Assembly: GCA_965246885.1 (NCBI GenBank)
Contig: OZ251992.1
Coordinates: 768,001 to 832,000, forward strand
Direction of reading: 5' to 3'
From: Abditibacterium sp.
Lineage (GTDB): Bacteria > Armatimonadota > Abditibacteriia > Abditibacteriales > Abditibacteriaceae
Length of the DNA: 64,000 nucleotides
Shown here: in pieces, positions 29,770 to 40,102 of the stretch
How positions within the stretch are numbered: the stretch's first letter is position 1
Layout: every line of letters starts with the position of its first letter
Position numbers and translations under genes: made by a program
Notes under the pieces: generated by a model
Seen by the model: only the letters and a program-made list of their open reading frames with translations
Database searches by the model: none
What the model was told of the DNA's origin: nothing

Positions 29770-31359
29770 ATGCCGAAAATTTTAGTGGGCGACCAAATCG
29801 CCGAGAACGGCCTCGCCATCCTGCGCACGGTGGGCGAGGTCGAGGAACGCATTGGCTTATCCGAAGCGGAATTGGTGGCGATTGCGCCCGAATATGATGC
29901 CGTCATGGTGCGGTCGGGCACCAAAATCACGCGGGCCGTCTTGCAAGCGGCGACCAAGCTCCGTATCGTCGGGCGGGCGGGCGTGGGCGTGGACAACATA
30001 GACGTTCCCGCCGCAACCGAAGCCGGGGTCGTGGTGGTGAACAGCCCCGCCGGGAACACGGTCGCGGTCGCGGAACTTGCGCTGGGCATGATGATTTCCC
30101 TCGTGCGCAAGCTCAATCCCGCGCACAACTCGGTCGTGGCGGGGGAGTGGAAACGCGCGAAGTTTCTGGGTTCGGAACTGTATGGCAAGACGCTGGGAAT
30201 TGTGGGCGTCGGGCGCATCGGGGTGGAAGTCACCAAGCGTGCGCAGAGTTTTGGCATGACCGTGCTGGGCTTCGACCCCTTTTTAAGCTCGAACCGAGCG
30301 GCGCAGTTGGGCATAGAAGCCGTGTCGCTGGAGGAAATCTGGCGGCGCTGCGACTTCATCACCCTGCACACGCCGCTCACCAAGGAAACGACGCACATGG
30401 TGGACGCGCAGGTGCTGGCGCAGATGAAGCCGACGGCGATTTTGCTGAACTGCGCGCGCGGCGGCATCATAGACGAGGCGGCGCTTTATGAAGCCTTGAA
30501 AAGCGGCAAACTGGGTGGCGCGGGTTTGGATGTTTATGAGCAGGAGCCGCCCAAAACCTCGCCGCTTCTGGCGCTCGATAACGTAATCCTCACGCCCCAT
30601 CTGGGGGCCTCGACCGAAGAAGCGCAGGTTGAGGTGGCGCTGGATGTGGCGCGGCAGATAGTGGACGTGCTCGAAGGGCGCCCGCCCTCAAGCGCCGTCA
30701 ACTTGCCGCCGCTCCCGCCCGAAACGCGGGAACTCATCGCGCCGTTTTTGGGGCTGATGGAGAAACTGGGCCGCATCCAAGCGCAAATTGCACCGGGGCG
30801 CATCGAAAAAATAGAACTCGTCTACTCCGGTGAGTTGGCGCAAAACGACACGAGGGCGCTGACGCGTGTCTTTTTGAAGGGGTTGCTCCAAGGGCAGGTC
30901 GAGAACGTCTCCTATGTGAACGCGCCCACTTTGGCGGCGGCGCGCGGCGTGGAAGTGGTGGAAACCAAGCGCGGAGCGATTGGGGATTACGCGAACTTGG
31001 TGGCGACCTGCTCGACCCGTAACGATAACGGCCACATCCGTACGCGCGGGGTGGACGGCACGGTCTTCAACGGGCGCGAGCCGCACATCGTTTCCATCCA
31101 AGACCTGCGCGTGGACATCATCCCGGATGGCACCATCCTGCTGATTCCCAACCACGACCGCCCCGGTATGATCGGCCACGTCGGAACGATTCTGGGCAAG
31201 CATGGCGTTAACATCGCGGGCATGCAAGTGGGCCGCCGCGCCGTCGGCGAGCGCGCGGTGATGATCATCAACTTGGAAGAACCCGTCTCGGACGCAGTGA
31301 TTGCCGAGTTGGACGCCGTGCCCGACCTGTTCGGCGCGCGCCTCATTGACTTGCGGTAG
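29770..31359 (+). CDS. serA: D-3-phosphoglycerate dehydrogenase (long form with ACT domain)
   Basis: GRAGVGVDNID, GVGRIG, NCARGG, TPHLGAST.EAQ, DRPGMIG. Confidence 0.96.
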   Translation: MPKILVGDQIAENGLAILRTVGEVEERIGLSEAELVAIAPEYDAVMVRSGTKITRAVLQAATKLRIVGRAGVGVDNIDVPAATEAGVVVVNSPAGNTVAVAELALGMMISLVRKLNPAHNSVVAGEWKRAKFLGSELYGKTLGIVGVGRIGVEVTKRAQSFGMTVLGFDPFLSSNRAAQLGIEAVSLEEIWRRCDFITLHTPLTKETTHMVDAQVLAQMKPTAILLNCARGGIIDEAALYEALKSGKLGGAGLDVYEQEPPKTSPLLALDNVILTPHLGASTEEAQVEVALDVARQIVDVLEGRPPSSAVNLPPLPPETRELIAPFLGLMEKLGRIQAQIAPGRIEKIELVYSGELAQNDTRALTRVFLKGLLQGQVENVSYVNAPTLAAARGVEVVETKRGAIGDYANLVATCSTRNDNGHIRTRGVDGTVFNGREPHIVSIQDLRVDIIPDGTILLIPNHDRPGMIGHVGTILGKHGVNIAGMQVGRRAVGERAVMIINLEEPVSDAVIAELDAVPDLFGARLIDLR

Positions 31360-31364
31360 CAAGT

Positions 31365-31898
31365 CTACTGTGGAAGCGGAGCGGTGGACACAGCAAAGTC
31401 AAAGCTCCCCGCCGCATCCCACGAGCCGCCGCGATAGCGCCACAAGTTCAAGCCGAGCGCGGTGCCGTTCATCGGTTGCCAAGCCGCGTCGAGTTCGTGG
31501 AACAGGGCGCGCGCGGCGTCGGGCGCCACTTTGTTTTGAACCGTGACGTGCGGACGGCGGTAGGGCGCGGCGTCTTGAGGGGTTAAAAACGGGCGCCATC
31601 GGTCAGCGAGAAACTCGCGTAGCCGAACGAGCGATGGCGAGGGCGCGTCAACTGCGACGCCTCCGCCAAGCAAGAAGACGCCCGGAAAGGCGACGGGAAA
31701 CCGAGCCGTCAAGCGCGCGACGCGTTCCAATTCGGCGCGGATTTCCGTCTCGCGCGCGGCGGGCAGGGCGTGAAAGAGAGTGATGTGCGCGCCGACTTTG
31801 AGGCGTTCGGGCGGAAAGTGGCGGGTGCGGAGCGCGTCCAAGGCGGCGAACGAGTCGGCGTCAAGGGCGAGCGAGACGATGAAGGGGGCGGAATCCAT
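31365..31898 (-). CDS. 2H phosphoesterase (2'-5' RNA ligase family)
   Basis: Two HxT motifs (AHITLF, PHVTVQNKV); start refined to the ATG at 31898. Confidence 0.85.
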   Translation of the reverse strand: MDSAPFIVSLALDADSFAALDALRTRHFPPERLKVGAHITLFHALPAARETEIRAELERVARLTARFPVAFPGVFLLGGGVAVDAPSPSLVRLREFLADRWRPFLTPQDAAPYRRPHVTVQNKVAPDAARALFHELDAAWQPMNGTALGLNLWRYRGGSWDAAGSFDFAVSTAPLPQ

Positions 31899-31959
31899 AC
31901 GGGCAGATTTGCCCAAATGCCGTGCCTCATCCGTGCGCAAAGGTGCCACACTTCCTCTT

Positions 31960-32574
31960 ATGTTCACCGGATTAGTCGAGCGATTGGGCCGCGTGGCGCG
32001 CGTCGAGGAGTTTGCCGGGGCGCGGCGTTTTACCTTCCAAGTCGGCGATGACGAATTTTTGGCCGACCCCGCCGAGGGCGAAAGCATCTCGTGCAACGGC
32101 GTGTGCTTGACGGCGCTGGATTTGACGGCGCGGGCGTATTCCGTCGTCGCCGTCGAGGAAACGCTGCGCCGCACGACGTTGGGCGCCCTGCGCGAGGGTG
32201 ATGAAGTGAACCTCGAACGGGCGCTCAAAGTGTCGGCGCGCTTGGGCGGCCACATCGTGCAGGGGCACGTGGACGGCGTGGCCGATGTCGTCGCGGCGCG
32301 CGAGGAAGGCGAAAGTTTATGGGTGACGTTCCAACCGCCTTGGACGCTGATGAAGTATGTCGTGGAGAAGGGTTCGGTCTGCTTGGATGGCGTCTCGCTC
32401 ACAGTGGCGAACGTGGCGTATGACAAGTTCTCGATTGCCCTCATCCCGCATACGCGCGAAGTGACCAACGCGAAATCGTGGCTCCCCGGTGCGCGCGTCA
32501 ACGTCGAAGTGGACATCCTCGCCAAATACATCGAGCGTTTGACGAAGTGGACGCGCACCCAAGAAGCGCAGTAG
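31960..32574 (+). CDS. ribE: Riboflavin synthase
   Basis: MFTG start, SISCNGVCLT, VNLERAL, GGHIVQGHVD, KGSVCLDGVSLT. Confidence 0.96.
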   Translation: MFTGLVERLGRVARVEEFAGARRFTFQVGDDEFLADPAEGESISCNGVCLTALDLTARAYSVVAVEETLRRTTLGALREGDEVNLERALKVSARLGGHIVQGHVDGVADVVAAREEGESLWVTFQPPWTLMKYVVEKGSVCLDGVSLTVANVAYDKFSIALIPHTREVTNAKSWLPGARVNVEVDILAKYIERLTKWTRTQEAQ

Positions 32575-32580
32575 ACCCCG

Positions 32581-33834
32581 ATGACCCCGCCATTTTCCAC
32601 CATCGAAGAAGCACTCGCCGATTTCAAAGTCGGCAAGATGGTGCTTGTCACCGACGACGAGCACCGCGAGAACGAGGGCGACCTGATTATGGCGGCGCAG
32701 TTTTGCGACGCCAAAGCGATTAACTTCATGCTGCGCCGCACGTCGGGCATCATCTGCGTTCCTTTGGAGGGGCGGCGCTGCGACGAGTTGCAACTGCCAG
32801 CCATGACGCAAAGCTCGACCGACCGGAGGGGAACGGCCTACACCATTTCGGTGGACGCGCGCGACGGGACGACGACTGGCATCGCCGCGAGCGAGCGCGC
32901 CCGCACAGTCCAACTGCTCGCCGACCCCCATGCCAAGCCGGAAGACTTTCTGCGCCCCGGCCACACCTTTCCTTTGCGCGCGCGCGAGGGCGGCGTATTG
33001 GCACGCGCCGGGCACACCGAAGCGGCGGTAGATTTGGCGCGGCTGGCCGGATTAACTCCGGCGGGCGTCATTTGCGAGGTGGTGGACGATGAGGGCGAAC
33101 CGGCTCGCTTGCCGTTTTTGCAGAACTTCGCCCGCGAGCATGACATCAAGCTCATCACGGTTGCGGAACTCATCCGCTATCGGCGGCAAACCGAGAAGTT
33201 AGTGACGTTCGTCGCGCAGGCGCGTTTGCCGACGCAGTTCGGCGAGTTCCGGGCCTTGGCGTACGAGGCGAACTTGGACAAGACGCCGTATGTGGCGCTC
33301 GTTAAAGGGGAAATAAAGCCGGAAGAGCCGACGCTGGTGCGCGTTCATTCTGGGTGTCTCACGGGGGACGCGCTGGGGTCGCTCCGGTGTGATTGCGGGG
33401 AGCAGTTGCACGCGGCGCTCGCGCAAATCGAAGCGGCGGGAAGCGGCGTGTTGCTGTATATCGAGCACCACGAAGGAAGGGGCATCGGCATCCTCAATAA
33501 GATACGCGCCTACTCCTTGCAAGACGGCGGCGCCGACACGGAGCAGGCCAACCACGCCCTTGGCTTTGCCTCCGATGCGCGAGATTATGGCATCGGAGCG
33601 CAGGTGCTCTACGATTTGGGCGTGCGGAAGATGCGTCTGCTCACCAATAACCCCTCCAAGCGTGTGGGGTTGGACGGCTACGGCTTGGAAATCGTCGAGC
33701 GCGTCCCGATTCGCCCGACAGTGAGCGCGGAGAACCGCTTCTACTTGCAAACCAAGCAGGACAAGATGGGTCACATAGACATCGTGCCGGTCGAGAAGTT
33801 GGACGAGCAAAGCGAGGAGGCGCCGTCGGGGTAG
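32581..33834 (+). CDS. ribBA: Bifunctional DHBP synthase / GTP cyclohydrolase II
   Basis: DDEHRENEGD, RPGH, RAGHTEA, RVHSGCLTGD..GSLRCDCG, LLTNNP. Confidence 0.97.
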   Translation: MTPPFSTIEEALADFKVGKMVLVTDDEHRENEGDLIMAAQFCDAKAINFMLRRTSGIICVPLEGRRCDELQLPAMTQSSTDRRGTAYTISVDARDGTTTGIAASERARTVQLLADPHAKPEDFLRPGHTFPLRAREGGVLARAGHTEAAVDLARLAGLTPAGVICEVVDDEGEPARLPFLQNFAREHDIKLITVAELIRYRRQTEKLVTFVAQARLPTQFGEFRALAYEANLDKTPYVALVKGEIKPEEPTLVRVHSGCLTGDALGSLRCDCGEQLHAALAQIEAAGSGVLLYIEHHEGRGIGILNKIRAYSLQDGGADTEQANHALGFASDARDYGIGAQVLYDLGVRKMRLLTNNPSKRVGLDGYGLEIVERVPIRPTVSAENRFYLQTKQDKMGHIDIVPVEKLDEQSEEAPSG

Positions 33835-33882
33835 AGCACGTTTCCCGGCGGGCAGGGCGCGCTTTGGCTCAAACTGGCGTTG

Positions 33883-34374
33883 ATGAATCCAACACCACCT
33901 GCGCGCCGGACATGGCTCATTATCTTCGCCGCGCTGTCGGCGACCGTGTTTGTGTATGGGCTACTTGCCTATCTCATCGAGCACAACCCGCAGTCGCACC
34001 GCACGGTTAATCCGGCGAGCGTGGCGACGATGCGCCCGCTACTCATCCTGCTCGCGCTGGGAATGTTGGGAGCGTCGGTCGCGTGGCTGCGCTTTCGGGT
34101 GGACGGGAAGATAGGCGAGGACGGGCGGGAGCTTCTGCTGACGCCGGGGCAGTTCCAGACTGACTCGATTGTCTCCCTCGCGCTGAGTGAGGCGTGTACC
34201 ATCTACGGGTTGCTTCTCTTCTTTTTGGGCGCGCCGCTCCGCGAATATGCGCTGTTCGGGCTGGGAACACTGCTCGTGAACTTCGCGTTCATCCTACCGC
34301 GCGGTCTCGCGTTTTGGGCGGCGTGGGAAAAGCAAGCGGCGGCGGGCGACAATCCGTTAAACCCTATGCCATGA
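33883..34374 (+). CDS. Small four-TM membrane protein within the rib cluster
   Basis: Four hydrophobic segments; stop overlaps the ribH start (ATGA). Confidence 0.75.
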   Translation: MNPTPPARRTWLIIFAALSATVFVYGLLAYLIEHNPQSHRTVNPASVATMRPLLILLALGMLGASVAWLRFRVDGKIGEDGRELLLTPGQFQTDSIVSLALSEACTIYGLLLFFLGAPLREYALFGLGTLLVNFAFILPRGLAFWAAWEKQAAAGDNPLNPMP

Positions 34375-34841
34375 CAACACACGAAGGGCGCCTTGGGGCG
34401 CCGTCCGAATTGAAAGTCGCCATCGCCGTTTCGCGCTTCAACGAGCTAATCACCGAGCGGTTATTAGAAGGCGCGCTGTGGGCGTGGAAGCGGCACGGCG
34501 GAAGCGAGGAGAACGTCGAAGTCGCGCGCGTTCCGGGCGCCTTCGAGCTTCCGTTGGCGGCCAAGGCGCTGGCGGCGACGGGGCGTTTTGGGGCGGTCGT
34601 GTGTTTGGGCGCGGTAATTCGCGGCGCCACGACGCACTACGACTATGTGTGCTCGGCGGCGACTTCCGGGATAGCGAGCGTGGGTTTGGAAAGCGGTTTG
34701 CCAGTTGTGTTCGGGGTGCTGACAACCGACACCTTGGAGCAAGCGTTTGAGCGCGCGGGGTCAAAAGCTGGCAACAAGGGCGCCGAAGCGATGGAGGTCG
34801 CGCTCGAAATGAGCGACCTTTTGCGCCAACTGAAGTCGTAA
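34371..34841 (+). CDS. ribH: 6,7-dimethyl-8-ribityllumazine synthase
   Basis: VSRFN, VPGAFELP, LGAVIRGATTHYDYV, FGVLT, GNKG. Confidence 0.97.
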   Translation: MTTHEGRLGAPSELKVAIAVSRFNELITERLLEGALWAWKRHGGSEENVEVARVPGAFELPLAAKALAATGRFGAVVCLGAVIRGATTHYDYVCSAATSGIASVGLESGLPVVFGVLTTDTLEQAFERAGSKAGNKGAEAMEVALEMSDLLRQLKS

Positions 34842-34843
34842 CG

Positions 34844-35668
34844 ATGGAAATTCCAATCACCGCCCCCTTTGATCTGCACTGCCACGCCTTGCCTGACTGG
34901 GACGACGGGCCGGACAATCTCGACGGCTCCCTTGCGCTGTTAGGGCGGGCGGAAAGTGCCGGAACGCAAACGCTCGTCGCCACCCCGCACATCGGGCGCA
35001 AGTGGAAGCACCGCGAGAATCACTCCTCCGAAGCCATCGCGGATGCCGTCGAGCGGTTGAACGCCGCCGCGCGCGCGCGCGGCTTGTCTATCCGCGTCGT
35101 GCCCGGCGCTGAGCTTTTGATGGGCGCCATAGATATTGGCGGCGCCGACGAAATCAAGGCTTCGTGGACATACGGCAACGCGGGCAAGTGGGCGCTGATC
35201 GAATCGCCCGGCGTGACGTGGCCCACGTTTGGGAACCATATCGTCTACGAACTGGCGCGGCGTGGCATCCGCAGTGTTTTGGCGCACCCCGAACGCTACG
35301 CCGACGTGCAAAAGGACGTAAACGTATTGGCGACCGCGCTGGGGCAGGGCGCGTTGGTGCAAATCACGGCGGGCGTCCTGTCGGGGCAGATGGCCGACAA
35401 AGCGATGAGCCGTTGCGCGGCGCAGTTGCTGCGCGCGGGTATGGTGCATCTGGTGGCGTCCGATGCGCATATGGCGGAGCACACCATGCCGGGAGAAGTG
35501 GTCGCGCACGTGGTGGAGCGCGTCGGCGAACTGCGCGCGCGCCAGATTTTCGAGGACAACCCGCGCGCCGTGTTGGAAGGCGGCTCCGTCGCGCCGCAGT
35601 TCGACGTCGCGCCCCAAGCGGCGGCAAGTGGAAGTTTTTGGGGAAAACTGTGGGGCAGGGGCGGCTAA
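34844..35668 (+). CDS. PHP-family tyrosine-protein phosphatase (CpsB/CapC/YwqE)
   Basis: DLHCHALP..DDG, VATPH, AHPERY, VASDAH. Confidence 0.92.
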   Translation: MEIPITAPFDLHCHALPDWDDGPDNLDGSLALLGRAESAGTQTLVATPHIGRKWKHRENHSSEAIADAVERLNAAARARGLSIRVVPGAELLMGAIDIGGADEIKASWTYGNAGKWALIESPGVTWPTFGNHIVYELARRGIRSVLAHPERYADVQKDVNVLATALGQGALVQITAGVLSGQMADKAMSRCAAQLLRAGMVHLVASDAHMAEHTMPGEVVAHVVERVGELRARQIFEDNPRAVLEGGSVAPQFDVAPQAAASGSFWGKLWGRGG

Positions 35669-35746
35669 ACGACGCGCCTTGACACTCGCCCCCTTCATAC
35701 GGATGCACGAAAAAGCGGGGAACGCGCACACTCTAAGGAAGTGGCG

Positions 35747-35773
35747 TGACCCTTTTGGGCTGTGCGGCGTCTA
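35747..35773 (+). promoter_or_regulatory. Putative ECF-sigma promoter upstream of the polysaccharide export gene
   Basis: TGACC-N16-CGTCTA. Confidence 0.45.
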
Positions 35774-35809
35774 ACGTCCGCTCGGCACCTCTTGCTCGAA
35801 CCCGTTCTT

Positions 35810-37801
35810 ATGAAATCGTTTCTTTGGATCTTTTCTCCGCTTGTAGGCTTAGGCGGTGCGTTGATGTGTGGTGCACCTGCGAGCGCGGGCGCGAGCGCGG
35901 CTCCGGCTCGTCCGCTTCCGGGCGCGGCGGCGCCCTTGGCCGTTGACGCGGCGCGCTACGTGTTGGGGCCGGATGACGTCGTTTCGGTGGCCGTCGTGCG
36001 CCACCCCGAATTTTCCGCCGACAACGTGGTCGTGCCCAGTTCCGGCTCGATTGTTCTGCCCGTTGCGGGCGCGGTTCGTTTTGCGGGGCGCACGCTCGCC
36101 CAAGTGGATGCGGAGATCACGCAAAAGATGCGCGTGCGTTTGGTGCATCCCGAAGTTAACGTCGCACTCACCCGCCCGCGCCCGCGCCCGCTCTACGTTC
36201 AAGGCGCCGTCAAAGCGGGCGGCGTGTTGGAATTCAAGAACGGCTGGCGCATCACTCAAGCGCTCGCGGCGGCGGGCGGCTTGTCGAGTGACCCCGACTT
36301 GGCGGCAGTCTCGCTCACGCGCGGCGGACGAATCATTCTGGACGAGAAAATCTCCCCGATCCTGAGCGACGCGACGGGCAAGTCGAACATCGCGCTTGAA
36401 GTCGGCGACACGCTGCGCTTTTATGGGCGCGTGGTGAATGTGAGTGTGAGCGGCGCCGTCGCTAAACCGGGCTTCTTCGCCATTCCGCGCGGCGGCGGAG
36501 TCGTCGAAGCGGTCGGCTTGGCGGGCGGGCCGACCGAAACCGCTTCGCTGTCCAAGGCCACCATCCGCCGCGCGACGGGGGCGGTCATCGCCGTCAACTT
36601 GTTCAAGGCGCTCCGCGGAAACGACGCCTCGCAAAACATCCCCTTGCGCGAAGGTGACACCATCAATGTGCCCGCCACCCTCGACCGCGTTTCCGTCTTG
36701 GGCGAAGTGAAAACGCAGGGCGTGGTGCCCATTGAGGACGGGCGCACGCTCCATGTTTCGGACGCCGTCGCCCGCGCAGGCGGCCCGACCGAATACGCCG
36801 CTCTCACGCGCGCCACCATCGGCCACGCCAACGGCACCACGCAACCCGTCAACTTGTATAGCATCATCTCCAAGGGCCAAAAGAGCGCCGATTTTGCGCT
36901 CCTTCCCGGCGACGTCATCAACGTCCCGCGCGCGCGCGGCATCACTGTGACGGGCGAAGTCAACAAGGGCGGCATTATTCCCCTCGAAGAAGGGGGAGAG
37001 CCGCGCGTCTTGGACGCCATCGCTGCGGCGGGCAACCTCGTTTCAACGCTTAAGCCCGAACGCGCCCACATTTCCATCGCGCGCATCCAACCCGACGGCA
37101 AAACCTTCCCCATCATTGTGGACGCGGCGGGCCTCCTCAACCAGACCGATCTGGGCCAAAACGTGCGCTTGCAAGACGGCGACGTCGTCTCCGTCTCGGC
37201 AGTTGCGCGCGCCCTCGTGACGGTGAACGGCAACGTGAAAACGTCCGGTCAATACGAGATAGATGCGGGCGACGGCGTGCCCGAAGTCATCGCCCGCGCA
37301 GGCGGCGCAACCGACGATGCGGCCTTGTCGCGTATCTCCATCGCGCGGCGCGGCGACAAGCAACCCGTGTTTCTGTCGTATGTGGACGCCATCAAACGCG
37401 GCGGCGCGCGGCCCGATTATCCCCTGCAAAACGGTGACGTCATCACCGTCGCGCGCAACGAGTCGCGCGCAACGGTGCTGGCGGCGGTCAACAAACCCGG
37501 CAACTACGCCTTGCCCGAAGACCGCGTGGCCACCATCGGTGATTTAATCACCTTTGCGGGCGGCACCAGCTTTCAAGCCAAAACGCGCGAAGTGGCGCTT
37601 CTGCGCAAGACCCCGTCGGGCGTCAAGCAGTGGGTGTATCCGATGGACAAGCCGAACAAGGAAGGCGTCTTGGCGGTGGATGTCCCTGTACAAGCGGGCG
37701 ACGTGCTGTATGTGCCCACCGTTAAAACCAGCCCCTCCACCCTGAGCAATCTCGCCGGTATTTTAGGGGCCGTCGGCTCCGTCCGTTACACTTTCAAATA
37801 A
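35810..37801 (+). CDS. Polysaccharide export protein (Poly_export plus about six SLBB domains; Wza/KpsD-like)
   Basis: YVLGPDDVV, then repeated V.G.V..PG...A..AGG...L.GD.I.V units. Confidence 0.88.
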   Translation: MKSFLWIFSPLVGLGGALMCGAPASAGASAAPARPLPGAAAPLAVDAARYVLGPDDVVSVAVVRHPEFSADNVVVPSSGSIVLPVAGAVRFAGRTLAQVDAEITQKMRVRLVHPEVNVALTRPRPRPLYVQGAVKAGGVLEFKNGWRITQALAAAGGLSSDPDLAAVSLTRGGRIILDEKISPILSDATGKSNIALEVGDTLRFYGRVVNVSVSGAVAKPGFFAIPRGGGVVEAVGLAGGPTETASLSKATIRRATGAVIAVNLFKALRGNDASQNIPLREGDTINVPATLDRVSVLGEVKTQGVVPIEDGRTLHVSDAVARAGGPTEYAALTRATIGHANGTTQPVNLYSIISKGQKSADFALLPGDVINVPRARGITVTGEVNKGGIIPLEEGGEPRVLDAIAAAGNLVSTLKPERAHISIARIQPDGKTFPIIVDAAGLLNQTDLGQNVRLQDGDVVSVSAVARALVTVNGNVKTSGQYEIDAGDGVPEVIARAGGATDDAALSRISIARRGDKQPVFLSYVDAIKRGGARPDYPLQNGDVITVARNESRATVLAAVNKPGNYALPEDRVATIGDLITFAGGTSFQAKTREVALLRKTPSGVKQWVYPMDKPNKEGVLAVDVPVQAGDVLYVPTVKTSPSTLSNLAGILGAVGSVRYTFK

Positions 37802-37834
37802 GCAGATAGCGTCCTCCCCCGCGACCACTCCATC

Positions 37835-40054
37835 ATGCAAAACGGTAAAGACCCACACTTCGCTATGACACCGCCTTCGTCCGATGAGCGCAATGGCAAC
37901 GGCGTCTCGGTTTTGGCGACGCACAGCGAACCGGGTTGGAGCGCCTCTTATGCGCGCGAGCGCGAGGAAGACGACTCCTTTCAGTGGCACAAGCTCATGG
38001 CCATCGTGCGCCGCCGCCGCAAGACGGCGTTGGCCACCTTCGCGGCTATATTGGGTCTGGGCGCCGTTTACTATGCCCTCGCGCCGCGCATCTATCAAGC
38101 GCAGGCCGACCTGCGCATCTCCAGCCCCAATTCGGGATTCGGCTCCTCATTGGGCGACTCCTTGCCCGCTTTTGCCGGTCTGCTCGACACCACGCGCGCT
38201 GGCTCGCAGGAAACCGAAGCCGCCATCTTAGGCTCCAAGCCGATGCAGCAGAACGCGCTCAAGCAGTTGTCCCCGCGCTACAGTGGCAAGGGCGCCCGCG
38301 CCATGCACGTGGATATTCGCCCGCTCCACTCGACCGAGATCATCTCCGTTGTGGTGTCGGGCCGCGACAAAAACGGCGCCATCGCTTATGCCAACGCCAT
38401 CTGCGACACCTACCTGCGGGAGAACCAGCGCAACAGTTCCGACGTGTATCGCGGCACGGCGGCGTATGTTTTGACCGAGCTAAAGAAAACCCGCGACGAA
38501 CTCGACCGTGCGCGCGCGGCGGTGCGCGATTACAAGGACAAGCACGGCGTGGTTGACCTGAGCCGCGAAGGGGAAGCGCGCGTGAAACTGCTCGGCGACC
38601 TGACGGCGCAGTATCAAAGCGCTGTCGCCGACGCCAACGGCGCGCAGCAAGGGTTGGCCTCGCTGCAAAATCAGTTGCCCGCCCTTGCGCCCGAACAGGA
38701 AGCCTCGCGCACCCTCGTGCAAAGCCCGCGCGTGGTGCAACTGCGCCAGCAACTGACCAGCCTCGAAGCGCAGAACTTGCAACTGCGCCAAGAGTTCACA
38801 CCCACTTCCCCCGAAGTGCGCGAGGTCGAAGGCAACATCGCGGCGCTTAAAGCGCAACTGGGCAACACCATCCAATCGGAAGTTTCCTCCTCGGTGCGCC
38901 AACCGAACGTGTTGCGCACGCAAGTGCAAAGCGACATTTCCAAGACGCGCACGCTGATCCTGACCAGCCAAGCCCGCGCTGATGCCCTCAAACAGTCCAT
39001 TGCTCAGGAACAGCAGAAACTGCGGGCGCTTCCGACCAACGAATTCCGTTTGTCGCAATTGCAATCCGACCTTGCCATCGCCGAGCGAACGTATGGCCTG
39101 CTTTCCGATAAATACCAAACGCTGCGGATTTCGCAAGAAGCGCCTTCGGCCAATGCACGCATCATCGCGCGCGCCGATGAAGCCGTGCTGGTGTCGCCGA
39201 TATTTCGCACCACTTTGCTGGCGACTCTGCTCTTGGGCCTCGCGGCGGCGCTGGGCGTGGCCGCGCTGTTAGACCGCATAGACGACCGCATCTTCGGCGA
39301 GGACGACGTGCGCTCCCTAACGGGCCTGCCCGTGCTCGCTCAAATCCCGTTGCTCAAAAACGTGCCGCGCCCGCTTATCCATTTGGCGTCGGTGCCGCCC
39401 TCGCTGTTGGAAAGCTACCGGATGTTGCGCACGCAACTGGTGCTGTCCGCGCCGCGCGGCTCAATGAAGACCATCCTTGTCACCAGTAGCCAACCGCACG
39501 AGGGAAAGTCCACTACCGCCTCCAACATCGCCATTGCGATGGCGCTCAACGGTCATCGCGTCATCCTCGTGGACTGCGACCTGCGCCGCCCGCACATGCA
39601 CGTCAACTTCGAGATAGACAACAGCATTGGACTCACGTCGGTGGTGGCCGGCGTTAACACGCTCGAAGAAGCCCTCGTGGACTCGGCAGTCGAAGGGTTG
39701 CGGTTGTTGCCCGGTGGCCCGATGCCCCCCAACCCGCCCGAACTGCTCGACGCCCTGCCGACCCGCCAGTTGATCGCCCTTCTGCGCGACATGGCCGACG
39801 TCGTAATTCTCGACTCGCCGCCCGTTTTGATGATGGCCGACGCTCAAATCGTGGCGACGATGGCCGATGGGGTCGTTCTCGTCGTTTCGGCGCACGAAGC
39901 CAAGCGTCATGCGACCGAGCGCGCCGTTTCGCTGATCGAGATGACCGGCGCGCGTTTGCTCGGCATCGTGCTCAACAAGCAGGACGTGCGGTCTGGCAAC
40001 TACTACGGTTACTACCAGCAAAGCACCTACGCCCTCGATGCCCACGCGAAGTAA
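37835..40054 (+). CDS. wzc: Polysaccharide co-polymerase / tyrosine autokinase (Wzc-like)
   Basis: TM, coiled coil, TM; ESYRMLRT, SSQPHEGKST, DCDLRRP, DSPP; C-terminal YYGYY cluster. Confidence 0.9.
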   Translation: MQNGKDPHFAMTPPSSDERNGNGVSVLATHSEPGWSASYAREREEDDSFQWHKLMAIVRRRRKTALATFAAILGLGAVYYALAPRIYQAQADLRISSPNSGFGSSLGDSLPAFAGLLDTTRAGSQETEAAILGSKPMQQNALKQLSPRYSGKGARAMHVDIRPLHSTEIISVVVSGRDKNGAIAYANAICDTYLRENQRNSSDVYRGTAAYVLTELKKTRDELDRARAAVRDYKDKHGVVDLSREGEARVKLLGDLTAQYQSAVADANGAQQGLASLQNQLPALAPEQEASRTLVQSPRVVQLRQQLTSLEAQNLQLRQEFTPTSPEVREVEGNIAALKAQLGNTIQSEVSSSVRQPNVLRTQVQSDISKTRTLILTSQARADALKQSIAQEQQKLRALPTNEFRLSQLQSDLAIAERTYGLLSDKYQTLRISQEAPSANARIIARADEAVLVSPIFRTTLLATLLLGLAAALGVAALLDRIDDRIFGEDDVRSLTGLPVLAQIPLLKNVPRPLIHLASVPPSLLESYRMLRTQLVLSAPRGSMKTILVTSSQPHEGKSTTASNIAIAMALNGHRVILVDCDLRRPHMHVNFEIDNSIGLTSVVAGVNTLEEALVDSAVEGLRLLPGGPMPPNPPELLDALPTRQLIALLRDMADVVILDSPPVLMMADAQIVATMADGVVLVVSAHEAKRHATERAVSLIEMTGARLLGIVLNKQDVRSGNYYGYYQQSTYALDAHAK

Positions 40055-40102
40055 ATTGCCGCGCCGCCCCGATTTGTGCGCCGCTCGCTCCTCTGGCACA
40101 CC

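Noticed and set aside
31899..31959. FMN riboswitch upstream of the rib genes
   Set aside because: Only about 60 nt lie between the divergent starts, too short for an RFN element.
31899..32804. N-terminal extension of the 479-aa minus-strand ORF
   Set aside because: It overlaps ribE and ribBA antisense; only 31365-31898 has 2H phosphoesterase motifs.
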